Translations under genes and position numbers: made by a program
Notes under the pieces: model-generated
Seen by the model: the letters and a program-made list of their open reading frames with translations, nothing else
Database searches by the model: none
Told to the model about the DNA's origin: nothing
Shown here: positions 48,373 through 57,664 of the stretch, in pieces
How positions within the stretch are numbered: the first letter of the stretch is position 1
Layout: each line of letters begins with the position of its first letter
NCBI GenBank assembly: GCA_965227775.1
Contig: OZ245777.1
Span: 1,120,001 to 1,184,000 of the forward strand
Direction: 5' to 3'
Length of the DNA: 64,000 nucleotides
From: Phycisphaerales bacterium
GTDB lineage: Bacteria; Planctomycetota; Phycisphaerae; Phycisphaerales; UBA1924

Positions 48373-50211
48373 ATGCTGAACCGATCGAAGACCGCTGTGG
48401 CTGCCGCTGTGCTCGGTGTTGCCGGAAGTGCCGCGAGCATCCAAGCCCAGTGCACCGTCTACCGCCTGGGCATGCCCGACTTCGACCAGCGACGCAGCAC
48501 GCTGCCGAACGACGGCCGGATGTACTGCGTGCCCACGGCCACGGCCAACGCGCTGGCGTACATCAGCAACCACGGCTACCCCGGCCTGCTCGACGGCCCG
48601 CGCGACTGGCAGAGCCAGGCCCACTACGACGACATCAGCAACCTGCTCGCAATCCTCGGAGCGACGATGTTCACCGATCCAGACACTGGCACCCTGAACT
48701 CGCGGTGGCAATCGGCCACCCAGGCCGCTCTGAATGGCACGGGCGCTTTTCTTGTTGGAAGCTACACCGCCAGCGGGTTTTCCGGCCTGCGCCCAACCCA
48801 GATGGCGGACCAGATGCGTCTCGGTGGGATCGTCCTCCCACGGATTGGCTGGTACGAGGAGTTCCCGGCCTTCTCCGGCCGATGGAGGCGCGACGGCGGC
48901 CACATGGTCACGATGTGGGCGGCGTTCGGCACCTGTGGCGATCCGCGCGACATGCTGCTGGGCTTCCGCGATCCGTCGTCGGATGACTCGTTCTTTGCGC
49001 AGAGCCAGTTCACCACCACCTTCAGCTTCTTCAGCCGCTCCGCCGCGTGGCTCTTCAGCCGCGACGGCGAGATCATCTTCTTCCCGCGCGAGATGTACAA
49101 GGTCGATGCGTACGGCGCCGGCGACGGCTTCCTCGACGGCTTCGGCGTGATCCTGCCCATGCACGGCCTGACAACCGATGCGGTGACGCAGGACATCGAC
49201 CTGAGCATCCCCCAGGGCACCAGCGATGAGCCCGGACCCAAGCGCATCCGCACGCGCCCATGGCCGGGCGGCCACCGGCTCATCGCCATGGCCCAGGGCG
49301 TGCTGCCCACCGAGGGCTTCGTGCTGTCGCAGCCCGACCGCGGCCTCGTTTCGCTTTCGAAGGTCCACTTTCTCGACGGCGAATTTGAGGCCATCGACTC
49401 GATCCCCTTCGCGGTTGATTTGGTCGTTGGCCGCGACGGCAGCGCCTACGTTGCGACGCCGTCGAGCATCCGGCGTTACGAGCTTACCGACGATGGCGCG
49501 ATCGGACTCACCGACTCTGTCATGCTTCCCGCCACGCCCGACGCCATGGTCTACGACGACGCAACCGACGAACTGATCGTGCTCAGCGTTGCGGATCGTC
49601 GGTTGTTCCGCATCAGCCAGGATCTCACGATCCTCCGCAACGACCAGGTGCCGATCGGTGCGCCCCTCATGGGAGACGGCTCGGTCACCGTGAACCCCAT
49701 CGATGGCAGCGAGTGGCTCGCTTCCACCGGCTCGCCCACGCTGACCAAGATCGTGCGCGACGGTGCCGGTCGACCGTCGATTGACGCCCAGCCAACCCTG
49801 CCCGGCGTCGATGAACCCACGGCGTTGCAGTTCGACGATTTTGGTTTCTTGCACGTGGTCGACGACGGCGTCATCCGTGCGTTTGAGCCGGGCCTGCGCA
49901 GCGCCTGGGTTGCTGCCGACACACCGCTCAACGGCGAGCCAACCGGTCCGATCTTCCGCATCGGCCGCGGCCGTAGCAATCACACGCCCGAGCTCGACGA
50001 CATCAATGTGTTGCCACCCGTGCCCGGTGTTGGCGAAGAGGACTGCCGCGCTGACCTCGACCTCGATGGCGAGCTGACGATCTTCGACTTCCTCGAGTTC
50101 CAGAACCTCTTCAGCGGCGGTAGCACGTGGGCTGACTTCGACTTCGACGGCCAGCTCACACTGTTCGACTTCCTTGCGTTCCAGAACGAGTTTGCGGCCG
50201 GGTGCGACTGA
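48373..50211 (+). CDS. Papain-like (C39-like) cysteine peptidase + beta-propeller + GC-type dockerin-like module
   Basis: DFDQRR (Gln), YCVPTA (Cys), GGHMVT (His) and FRDP (Asp), then a C-terminal dockerin. Confidence 0.68.
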   Translation: MLNRSKTAVAAAVLGVAGSAASIQAQCTVYRLGMPDFDQRRSTLPNDGRMYCVPTATANALAYISNHGYPGLLDGPRDWQSQAHYDDISNLLAILGATMFTDPDTGTLNSRWQSATQAALNGTGAFLVGSYTASGFSGLRPTQMADQMRLGGIVLPRIGWYEEFPAFSGRWRRDGGHMVTMWAAFGTCGDPRDMLLGFRDPSSDDSFFAQSQFTTTFSFFSRSAAWLFSRDGEIIFFPREMYKVDAYGAGDGFLDGFGVILPMHGLTTDAVTQDIDLSIPQGTSDEPGPKRIRTRPWPGGHRLIAMAQGVLPTEGFVLSQPDRGLVSLSKVHFLDGEFEAIDSIPFAVDLVVGRDGSAYVATPSSIRRYELTDDGAIGLTDSVMLPATPDAMVYDDATDELIVLSVADRRLFRISQDLTILRNDQVPIGAPLMGDGSVTVNPIDGSEWLASTGSPTLTKIVRDGAGRPSIDAQPTLPGVDEPTALQFDDFGFLHVVDDGVIRAFEPGLRSAWVAADTPLNGEPTGPIFRIGRGRSNHTPELDDINVLPPVPGVGEEDCRADLDLDGELTIFDFLEFQNLFSGGSTWADFDFDGQLTLFDFLAFQNEFAAGCD

Positions 50212-50334
50212 TGGGTCGGCGCGTGCGAACGCATCTCTGATAGGGTCCAAACGGTTCCCGAAGGTTGATGGAGTTTGCGCTAAGTCTTCGAAGGTCCATC
50301 TGCGATCCTCACTTAAATCGATCTGAACAAATGT

Positions 50335-50366
50335 CGCTCTCGATTCGATCGAGAGCGGTTTTGTTT
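50335..50366 (+). terminator. Intrinsic terminator candidate
   Basis: Perfect 10-bp stem CGCTCTCGAT-TCG-ATCGAGAGCG followed by GTTTTGTTT. Confidence 0.6.
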
Positions 50367-50538
50367 GTATTTCGCAAGAAAAGACACCTACTCAAACAGC
50401 CCGCAAGATCTGCGCGTTTGGATTCGCTATCGAGTTTGTCCTCGTGTCTGCCACCATTCTGCTCATGCCGTTCCTCGTCCACCGGTGGGCGAGCGGTTCG
50501 CTTCTTCAAGGCACGCAGAGTTCGGGGGAACGACGCCC

Positions 50539-51585
50539 ATGGATCGGACGACACGACATTCCCGACGGGTCAAGACTGGCCCGATTCGCACGACTGGTTT
50601 CACGCTCATCGAGTTGCTGGTGGTCATCGCGATCATCGCGCTGCTCATCGGCATCTTGCTGCCCAGCCTGGGCAAGGCTCGTGCTGCAGCCCAGCAGATC
50701 AAGGCCGCCGCGCAGTTGCGAGCCGTCGGTCAGGGCGTGGTGACCTACACGGTCGACAACAGGACGTATCCGCCCGCCTACGTGTATGCGAGCGAGCGTG
50801 ATGGTGAGGAGTGGGAGGTCAAGGACCAGCTCGATACCAATCCAAATCCCGCGAATGGCTACATCCACTGGTCGTGGGCACTGTTCGAGGGCGGCAACCT
50901 TCCCCAAGACGCGTTCGCATCTCCGGCGGCGCTCAACGGTGGCGCTCCGGCGACGAATCCTGGTCCTCGGTACGACGACTGGGAGGATGAGCAGCGAAAC
51001 GACCTCGGCGGGCGACGTGAGCAGCTGCCGCAAGAGCCCGAGGATCGCCAGCTCAAGCGGATGGCATTCACCGGCAACGCCGCGATCTTCCCACGCAACA
51101 AGTTCGCGACGTCGACGCCTCGCCGTAATCGATTGGTGAATCCGGACTGGCTCAACAGCGCGAGCAAGACCATCCTCGCCACCGAGTTCCAGGAAGGACC
51201 GAACTGGAACAGCCTGTACGGCAGCACACCGGGTGTCATCAAGAGCCACCGCCCGGTCACGCCCTTCCTCGGCCGCGGCGCTGGTCAGGACGTGTACCGC
51301 GAAGCACCTGGCAGCTCGCGGGCCGAGGCTCGCTTCGAGTATCCGGATCCCGACCGCGACATCATCGACGACAAGCAGGCCGCGCAAACTCCTGGCCTGA
51401 TCGAGAACGCACAGACGAACCTGAATGCGGTCAGCCGCAAGCACAGCGGCAAGGCAAACTTCGTGTTCGCCGACGGCCACGTGGACCTTTTTGATGTCCG
51501 CGAGACCATCCGCCAGCGGCTGTGGGGCGACAAGTTCTACAGCCTGACGGGCAAGAACATCGACGTCGACCTCGATCGCGATTGA
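50539..51585 (+). CDS. Prepilin-type N-terminal cleavage/methylation protein with H-X9-DG motif (DUF1559-like)
   Basis: [29 protein letters not shown] and C-terminal [14 protein letters not shown]. Confidence 0.9.
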   Translation: MDRTTRHSRRVKTGPIRTTGFTLIELLVVIAIIALLIGILLPSLGKARAAAQQIKAAAQLRAVGQGVVTYTVDNRTYPPAYVYASERDGEEWEVKDQLDTNPNPANGYIHWSWALFEGGNLPQDAFASPAALNGGAPATNPGPRYDDWEDEQRNDLGGRREQLPQEPEDRQLKRMAFTGNAAIFPRNKFATSTPRRNRLVNPDWLNSASKTILATEFQEGPNWNSLYGSTPGVIKSHRPVTPFLGRGAGQDVYREAPGSSRAEARFEYPDPDRDIIDDKQAAQTPGLIENAQTNLNAVSRKHSGKANFVFADGHVDLFDVRETIRQRLWGDKFYSLTGKNIDVDLDRD

Positions 51586-51773
51586 CTGAAGCTGCGGCCG
51601 CGGGAAACCGCGGTCGTTTGCATTTGCTGGCCCACAACGAGACATTGCCCGCAAGCCCGCGGGCGCTGGGGGCAGGGGTCCGCCCCCCAGCGATGGAGGA
51701 GCCGGGCGGTCGGAGCCGCTCCGGCAGGACCACGAGCAAGAAGCTTCCTGTTCACCCTGCGGAGAGAAGTTCC

Positions 51774-54700
51774 ATGAAGACGAGCAACAAGATTTCGACG
51801 CTGCTGGCCGCGTGCGGCCTTGCTGGCGCCGCGGCTACCGCTGGCGCGCAGAGCCTCAACATCACGGAGATCATGTACAACTCGGCGTTCGACCCCGACA
51901 ACGCCTGGGAGTTCTTCGAGGTCGTCAACACCGGCGATACCGCCATCGATGTGAGCGGCTGGGTCTTTGACGACATCGGTGGCGCGCCCGTCACCGCCGC
52001 CAACATCCCCAGCGGCAGCATCCCCGCCGGCGGCAGCGCGGTCTTCTACGACGGCGCCAGCCTGAGCCTGAGCGAGGTTGAAGCGGCCTGGGGCAGCGGC
52101 ATCAACTTCATCGCCGTTGACAACTGGCAGGCCCTGAACAACAGCGGCGACACGTTCGGCTTGTGGGACAGCATCGCTAGCCACGACGGCCGGAACTTCG
52201 ACAACGCCGTGATCGCCATCACCTACGAGGATGGCGGCGCGTGGCCGGCCGACGATGGCGTGGCTTCGATCTACCTCGTCAACCCCTTCTATGACGCCAG
52301 CGAGGGCGCCAACTGGGCCCTGAGCACCGACGGCGTCGATGGCGGCTACGTCAGCAACCCCGCCGGCGGCACTTTGGTCACCAGCGTTGGCAGCCCCGGC
52401 ACCACGCCGGCCGATGTGGCCGTCCCGGGTCCGTATCTCGTAAACATCTCGGGCGCCACGCTGTTCGAGAGCTTCTTCGAAGCTCCCTCGTCAACCAACG
52501 ACTTCCTCGACCCCGATCTCGACGGCTTTGCCCGCCGCATCGGCCCGGGTATCGACCAACTCGCTCCCAGCGGCCAGCGCAGCTCGGGCGGCTACGACGA
52601 CGACGCGCACTGGATCGTCCAGTACCGCGCAACCGGCTCGGGCAACGGCCTGGCCGAGTTCGTGCTGACCAACGACCCCGATGGCCCGCTCGGCGCCACC
52701 CTGTTCGATACCACGCGCGACGACGACATGCCCCAGGTTGGCCTGATCGCCGAGAACGCCGAGAACGCTTACGCCAACCGCGAGCAGTGGGTCGATGAGG
52801 CCATCGGCCTCGTTCCGGGCGTTTACAACGCCGGCAACGCCGGCGGCGCGCCCTTCCGTTCGGCCACCGACGGCAGCTACCTCGTCTCGCCGTTCACGTT
52901 CCCGGGCACGAGCTCGCTGGGCGGCGTCCGCGTCGACCTCGCGGTGCTCGACGTTCCCAGCTCGTGGTTCGCCACGCAGGCCGGCGACGGTCCGCTCGAT
53001 GCCAAGCCCGGCACGCCCGGCTACGGCGGCGCCGGCATCTTCGCGGTCGACAAGGATGGCAACCCGCTGACGCGCAGCAACAACCTGCGCAGCCTTGGCG
53101 GGCTGCGTCCGTTCGATCCGGCCAACCCTCCGGCCGCGGGCGATACCCGCACCGTGTTTGACACGCAGGTCGCCTTCGTGCCGATCGCCGCGATCGTCAA
53201 CTTCGGTGTTGGCAAGGAAGAGATCCTGCAGAGCGAGCTCCGTTACGGCAACGCCACCGGCCGCCTGAGCACCGGCGAGAACCTCGTGTTCGTCACCCGC
53301 GACTCGGGCTCGGGCACACGCAACGGCTTCCAGAACTCCATCGGCCTCGACCCCTCGTGGGGCCGCGGCGAGAACGTCGGCGATCGCAACAACGACGCCG
53401 AGTTCAACATCCTCGGCCCCGACTACCTGCCCAGCAACAAGGGCGGCTCGGGCTCGATGGAAGCCACCGTCATCAACACCCGCCTGGCAGTCGGTCACAC
53501 CGGCGCCGAGCGCGCCAGCCGCTGGCTGTTCACGGGTCAGGCCGATCTGTTGGCCGTCCAGAACGACCTGATCGGCGGCACCGAGTTCAGCCGTCCGACC
53601 ATCGACGAGGTGCTGGACAACAACGAGAACGGCTACACCATCGGTGGCCCCGAAACCTTCACCACGCTCGGCAGCCCCCGCGCCGTTGCGCCGTCGCTCG
53701 GTGGCCAGGTCGGCACGGGCCTGCCGCCCATGCAGAACGCCCAGGCGGCGGCCTACCTCAACAACATCACCCGCAGCATCGCGGCGTTCGAGCAGGCCGG
53801 CATGGGTACGCCCGAGACCGACTTCACGCCCGCCGAGTTCCTGGCGCTCAATTTCGTGCTGACGGCCGCCACCGACTTCGTCCAGGCCACCGAGGATCCG
53901 ATCGATCTGATCCCCAACCCCGACTTCAACCAGGACCTGCAGGACGAGATTCGCGCTACCAGCATCGTGCTGGGCGATAGCCGCCTGGCCACCTTCGGTA
54001 GCGTCAGCACCACCGGCCTCGTGCCCAGCCGCACCACCGGCATCACCTACACCGACGGCGTCGCCGGCGGCGGCAACTACGTCGACCAGGCCGGCAGCCC
54101 CGTCTTCTACGGCGGGCCGCTCTCAGACCGCAACGGCCTCTCGGGTGACTTCAACAACGATGGCATGCGCAACGTCAACGACATCGCCGCCATGATCGGC
54201 GCTCTCGAGGATCGCGCCAGCTTCGAGCCCGGATCCAGCGCCGTGCTCGAGATCATCGGCGACTTCAATGGCGACGGAAACTTCGACGCCGAGGACGCCC
54301 GCTACTTCGCCGACGGCCTGGCCCTGGACACGGGCAGCGGCAACCTCGACCGCGTTGCCGGCTTCGAGGCCGTCGACGACGCCAGCGCCAGCGGCAACTT
54401 CTTCGGCACCATCATCGGCGATGGCAGCATCGCCTACGAGAGCGGCTGGAGCCGCTTCGACGTCTCGAACGTCGACGGCCTGACTACCCCGGGCTGGACC
54501 CCCAGCGCCGGTGCCGACGGCGTGGTCGACGCGTTTGACCGCGACTACATCGCCGCCCAGATCGCCGCCGTGAGCGACGGTGAGGCCAACTGGAGCGACA
54601 TCAACGAGGCCGTGCTGTTCGACCTCTCGGCCGATGTCACCGGCGACCTGATCGTCAACCAGGACGACCTGGACGCGATCGACGCCATCCTGGGCGACGC

Positions 54701-54869
54701 CTGCCCGGCCGACTTTGACGGCGACGGCGAGCTGACCCTGTTCGACTTCCTGGCGTTCAGCAACGCCTTCGACATGGGTGACCTCCGCGCCGACTTTGAT
54801 GGCGACGGCAGCCTGACCCTCTTCGACTTCCTCGAGTTCTCCAACGCGTTCGACGCCGGCTGCCCGTAA
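51774..54869 (+). CDS. Large secreted protein: lamin-tail-like domain + PstS/PBP-like domain + multiple dockerin-like EF-hand repeats + GC-type dockerin
   Basis: LNITEIMYN...EFFEVVNTG...DVSGW (LTD-like); ISGATLF, YRATGSGNG and TRDSGSGTR (PstS-like); GDFNNDG, GDFNGDG and ADVTGD repeats; terminal DAGCP. Confidence 0.72.
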   Translation: MKTSNKISTLLAACGLAGAAATAGAQSLNITEIMYNSAFDPDNAWEFFEVVNTGDTAIDVSGWVFDDIGGAPVTAANIPSGSIPAGGSAVFYDGASLSLSEVEAAWGSGINFIAVDNWQALNNSGDTFGLWDSIASHDGRNFDNAVIAITYEDGGAWPADDGVASIYLVNPFYDASEGANWALSTDGVDGGYVSNPAGGTLVTSVGSPGTTPADVAVPGPYLVNISGATLFESFFEAPSSTNDFLDPDLDGFARRIGPGIDQLAPSGQRSSGGYDDDAHWIVQYRATGSGNGLAEFVLTNDPDGPLGATLFDTTRDDDMPQVGLIAENAENAYANREQWVDEAIGLVPGVYNAGNAGGAPFRSATDGSYLVSPFTFPGTSSLGGVRVDLAVLDVPSSWFATQAGDGPLDAKPGTPGYGGAGIFAVDKDGNPLTRSNNLRSLGGLRPFDPANPPAAGDTRTVFDTQVAFVPIAAIVNFGVGKEEILQSELRYGNATGRLSTGENLVFVTRDSGSGTRNGFQNSIGLDPSWGRGENVGDRNNDAEFNILGPDYLPSNKGGSGSMEATVINTRLAVGHTGAERASRWLFTGQADLLAVQNDLIGGTEFSRPTIDEVLDNNENGYTIGGPETFTTLGSPRAVAPSLGGQVGTGLPPMQNAQAAAYLNNITRSIAAFEQAGMGTPETDFTPAEFLALNFVLTAATDFVQATEDPIDLIPNPDFNQDLQDEIRATSIVLGDSRLATFGSVSTTGLVPSRTTGITYTDGVAGGGNYVDQAGSPVFYGGPLSDRNGLSGDFNNDGMRNVNDIAAMIGALEDRASFEPGSSAVLEIIGDFNGDGNFDAEDARYFADGLALDTGSGNLDRVAGFEAVDDASASGNFFGTIIGDGSIAYESGWSRFDVSNVDGLTTPGWTPSAGADGVVDAFDRDYIAAQIAAVSDGEANWSDINEAVLFDLSADVTGDLIVNQDDLDAIDAILGDACPADFDGDGELTLFDFLAFSNAFDMGDLRADFDGDGSLTLFDFLEFSNAFDAGCP

Positions 54870-54920
54870 TGGGCTGACCTGATTGCTCGCCGGGCGCGAC
54901 CCGACGCATGCGTCACTGAC

Positions 54921-54952
54921 AAGGACCCCGCGTTTTCGCGGGGTCTTTTTTT
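54921..54952 (+). terminator. Strong Rho-independent terminator
   Basis: GACCCCGCG-TTTT-CGCGGGGTC followed by TTTTTTT. Confidence 0.88.
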
Positions 54953-55087
54953 GATTGCCCAGCTGTTTTGTGAGCCGGTGTATCGAAGGGCGGTGTTTGG
55001 TGTGGCGTCGAATCTCTCTCCCTGCACGGCTTAGCCCTTGCACCAGCCACCGTTTTCTGTTAGGCTGCGAACCTGAGGAGAACCGCG

Positions 55088-56383
55088 TTGAGAAGGACAT
55101 GCCCCGTCAACCTGTGGCTCGTTGCGATGCTGGCCGCGGCTTTGCCCTCGGCCGCAATGTCCCAGGACTGTGCGCCTGGCGAGTTGTTCGACCCCACGGC
55201 CCAATATCCTGCGGGAAGCTCGCCCAGAGCCATCGCGACAGGCGATCTTGATGGCGATGGTGACGCGGACGTGGTCGCCACGATTCGCGGGCCCGGCGAC
55301 CTGAGCGTGCTGCTGAACAATGGGGACGCGAGGTTCGCGGGTCCGGTCGTGTACGGCGCCGGACGCTCGCCGATCGGTGTGGATCTGGCGGACGTCGATG
55401 GCGACGGCGACCTCGATATTGCGGTCGCCAATTTTGACACCGACGACGTCAGCATCCTGCTGAACAACGGCGACGGAACGTTCGCAGCCCAGACGCGCTA
55501 CCCCGCGGGCAATGGGGCCCGAGACGTTGCGGTGGGCGACCTCGATGGTGACGGCGATGCGGACATGATTGTCATCAATGATCTGAGCGATCAGGCGAGC
55601 ATCTTCTTAAACAACGGCGACGGTACGTTCGGAGCCCAGACGCTCGTGCCCGCGGGTGACAGCCCGATTCAGGTTGAGCTCGGCGACCTGGATGGCGATG
55701 GCGATCTCGACGCGGCCGCGTCGAGCGTTGGGACGGGCGCCGTCGTGCTGCGAAACAACGGCGATGGGACGTTCGCAAGTCTCACCGGCTTTCCAGCTGG
55801 ATCCACGCCAGTCAGCATCACGATCGCTGATGTCGATCGCGACGGCGATCTTGATCTTGCCGTCACGAACTTCTTTGCCGGTCAGGCCAGCATTCTGCTC
55901 AACGACGGCGATGCGACGTTCGCATTGCCGGTGGCCTACCCCGTGGGCGAGGACCCCTTCGATGTTGAGCTTGCCGATCTCGATGGCGACGGCGATGCAG
56001 ACATGGTTGTCGCCAACAACTTTAGCGACGACGTCACCGTACGGCTGAACGCCGGGGACGGCACGTTCCCATCGTCGGCGTCGTACGACGCGAGCACGGG
56101 CCCAAACGGCGTCGGGATCGATGATCTGGACGGTGATGGGGACCCGGACGTTGTCGTTTCGATCGAGTTTCGAGATACCGTCGGCGTGCTCGAGAATCAG
56201 TGCGGTCCGTTCGGATGCCCGGCGGACCTTGATGGCGACGGCGAACTGACGATCTTCGACTTTCTGGCGTTCGGCAACCTCTTCGACCTCATGGATCCCA
56301 TGGTCGACTTCGACGGCGATGGTGCGTTCACCATCTTCGACTTCCTGGCCTTCCAGAACGCCTTCGACCTCGGTTGCCCGTAG
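55088..56383 (+). CDS. FG-GAP/VCBS repeat beta-propeller protein with C-terminal GC-type dockerin-like module
   Basis: Seven GDLDGDGD.D...V.N...LLNNGDGTF-type repeats. GAGGAG RBS before the TTG. Ends DLGCP. Confidence 0.85.
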   Translation: MRRTCPVNLWLVAMLAAALPSAAMSQDCAPGELFDPTAQYPAGSSPRAIATGDLDGDGDADVVATIRGPGDLSVLLNNGDARFAGPVVYGAGRSPIGVDLADVDGDGDLDIAVANFDTDDVSILLNNGDGTFAAQTRYPAGNGARDVAVGDLDGDGDADMIVINDLSDQASIFLNNGDGTFGAQTLVPAGDSPIQVELGDLDGDGDLDAAASSVGTGAVVLRNNGDGTFASLTGFPAGSTPVSITIADVDRDGDLDLAVTNFFAGQASILLNDGDATFALPVAYPVGEDPFDVELADLDGDGDADMVVANNFSDDVTVRLNAGDGTFPSSASYDASTGPNGVGIDDLDGDGDPDVVVSIEFRDTVGVLENQCGPFGCPADLDGDGELTIFDFLAFGNLFDLMDPMVDFDGDGAFTIFDFLAFQNAFDLGCP

Positions 56384-56416
56384 GCCCCGGACGCCACTGA
56401 CGCCGTACCCTCGGCC

Positions 56417-57658
56417 ATGGCGCGATCGACCAAAGGCATCCTGCTGCTCGTCGGCCCGGGCGTGCTTGTTGCCGCCACGGGCGTGGGCGCGGGTGATCTG
56501 GCGACCGCAGCTTTCGCCGGAAGCAAGCTGGGACTAGCCGTTCTTTGGGCTGTCCTCGTTGGGGCGCTCGTCAAGCTCGTGCTGAACGAGCAACTCGCAC
56601 GGTGGCAGCTTTCGACCGGAACCACGATCCTCGAGGGCGCCATCACGAAGCTCGGCCCGGTCGTGTGGGCCGTCTTCGGTGCATACCTGCTGTTCTGGAG
56701 CCCGTTCGTCGCCGTGGCGCTCGTGAAGGCGTGCGGGGCGGTGCTGGCGGCGATAGTGCCCAGCTTGCCGCCGTGGGTGTGGGCGGTGGCCTGCTCGTTG
56801 GTTGGCTTGGTCATGGTGTGGCTTGGTGGGTTCAAGCTCTTCCAGCGTGTCATGGCCGTCTGCATCGGCGTGATGGTCCTTGTCGTCGTTGCGAGCGCTG
56901 CGATGACGACGCCCTCGTTGTCCGAACTGGCGAGCGGTCTCATTCCGCGCGTGCCCGAAGATACCGAAGCCCTCGGCTGGACGATCGCGCTCGTCGGGGG
57001 CGTTGGTGGAACGCTGACCATCATCTGTTACGGCTACTGGATGCGCGAGGCAGGCCGCGGCAAGCCCGAGGACCTCGCCGTCTGCCGCATCGATCTGGCC
57101 GTGGGCTACTCGATCACCGCACTGTTCGGATTGGCCATGATCGTGCTGGCGGCGGGCGTCGCCAGCGGGCGCACACTCGAGGGCGGCAACGCGTCGATCG
57201 TCGTCCAGATCGCAAGCTTCATCGGCAGCGAGACGCACCCGGCCATGCGATGGGCGTTCCTCGTCGGCGCGTTTGGCGCGGTCTTCTCAAGCGTGCTCGG
57301 CGTGTGGCAGGCCGTGCCGTATGTATTTGCAGATTGGTGGGCCATGCGGCCGGGCACGAAGTCCAAGACGGAACCGGTCTCGACGACATCGCTGCCGTAT
57401 CGCGGCTTCCTGGTCGCGCTCGCCACGCTGCCGTGCGCGCTGCTGTTCGTCCGGTTCGAGACCGCCCAGAAGCTCTATGCCATCATCGGTGCGGCGTTCA
57501 TTCCGCTGCTGGCCCTTGCCCTGCTGCTGCTGATGAATCGCCGCGACTGGGTCGGCCGGGCGCTTGCCAACCGCTGGTGGGCCAACGCCGCTCTAGTCGT
57601 GGCGCTGGCCATCTGCGTCGTCGCCGCGTGGAGGAAGATCGAGGGCACGCTCGGCTAA
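56417..57658 (+). CDS. NRAMP-family (MntH-related) divalent metal transporter
   Basis: GPGVLVAATGVGAGD N-terminal motif and about 11 hydrophobic segments. Confidence 0.75.
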   Translation: MARSTKGILLLVGPGVLVAATGVGAGDLATAAFAGSKLGLAVLWAVLVGALVKLVLNEQLARWQLSTGTTILEGAITKLGPVVWAVFGAYLLFWSPFVAVALVKACGAVLAAIVPSLPPWVWAVACSLVGLVMVWLGGFKLFQRVMAVCIGVMVLVVVASAAMTTPSLSELASGLIPRVPEDTEALGWTIALVGGVGGTLTIICYGYWMREAGRGKPEDLAVCRIDLAVGYSITALFGLAMIVLAAGVASGRTLEGGNASIVVQIASFIGSETHPAMRWAFLVGAFGAVFSSVLGVWQAVPYVFADWWAMRPGTKSKTEPVSTTSLPYRGFLVALATLPCALLFVRFETAQKLYAIIGAAFIPLLALALLLLMNRRDWVGRALANRWWANAALVVALAICVVAAWRKIEGTLG

Positions 57659-57664
57659 CGCGAC

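Noticed and set aside
50212..50538. Pho box upstream of the prepilin/PstS-like pair
   Set aside because: The region is AT-richer and promoter-like, but I found no convincing CTGTCAT direct repeats with 11-bp spacing.
55230..56160. DxDGDG repeats in the FG-GAP protein counted as further dockerins
   Set aside because: Their spacing and flanking residues match FG-GAP/VCBS propeller blades. Only the terminal Cys-flanked module was counted.
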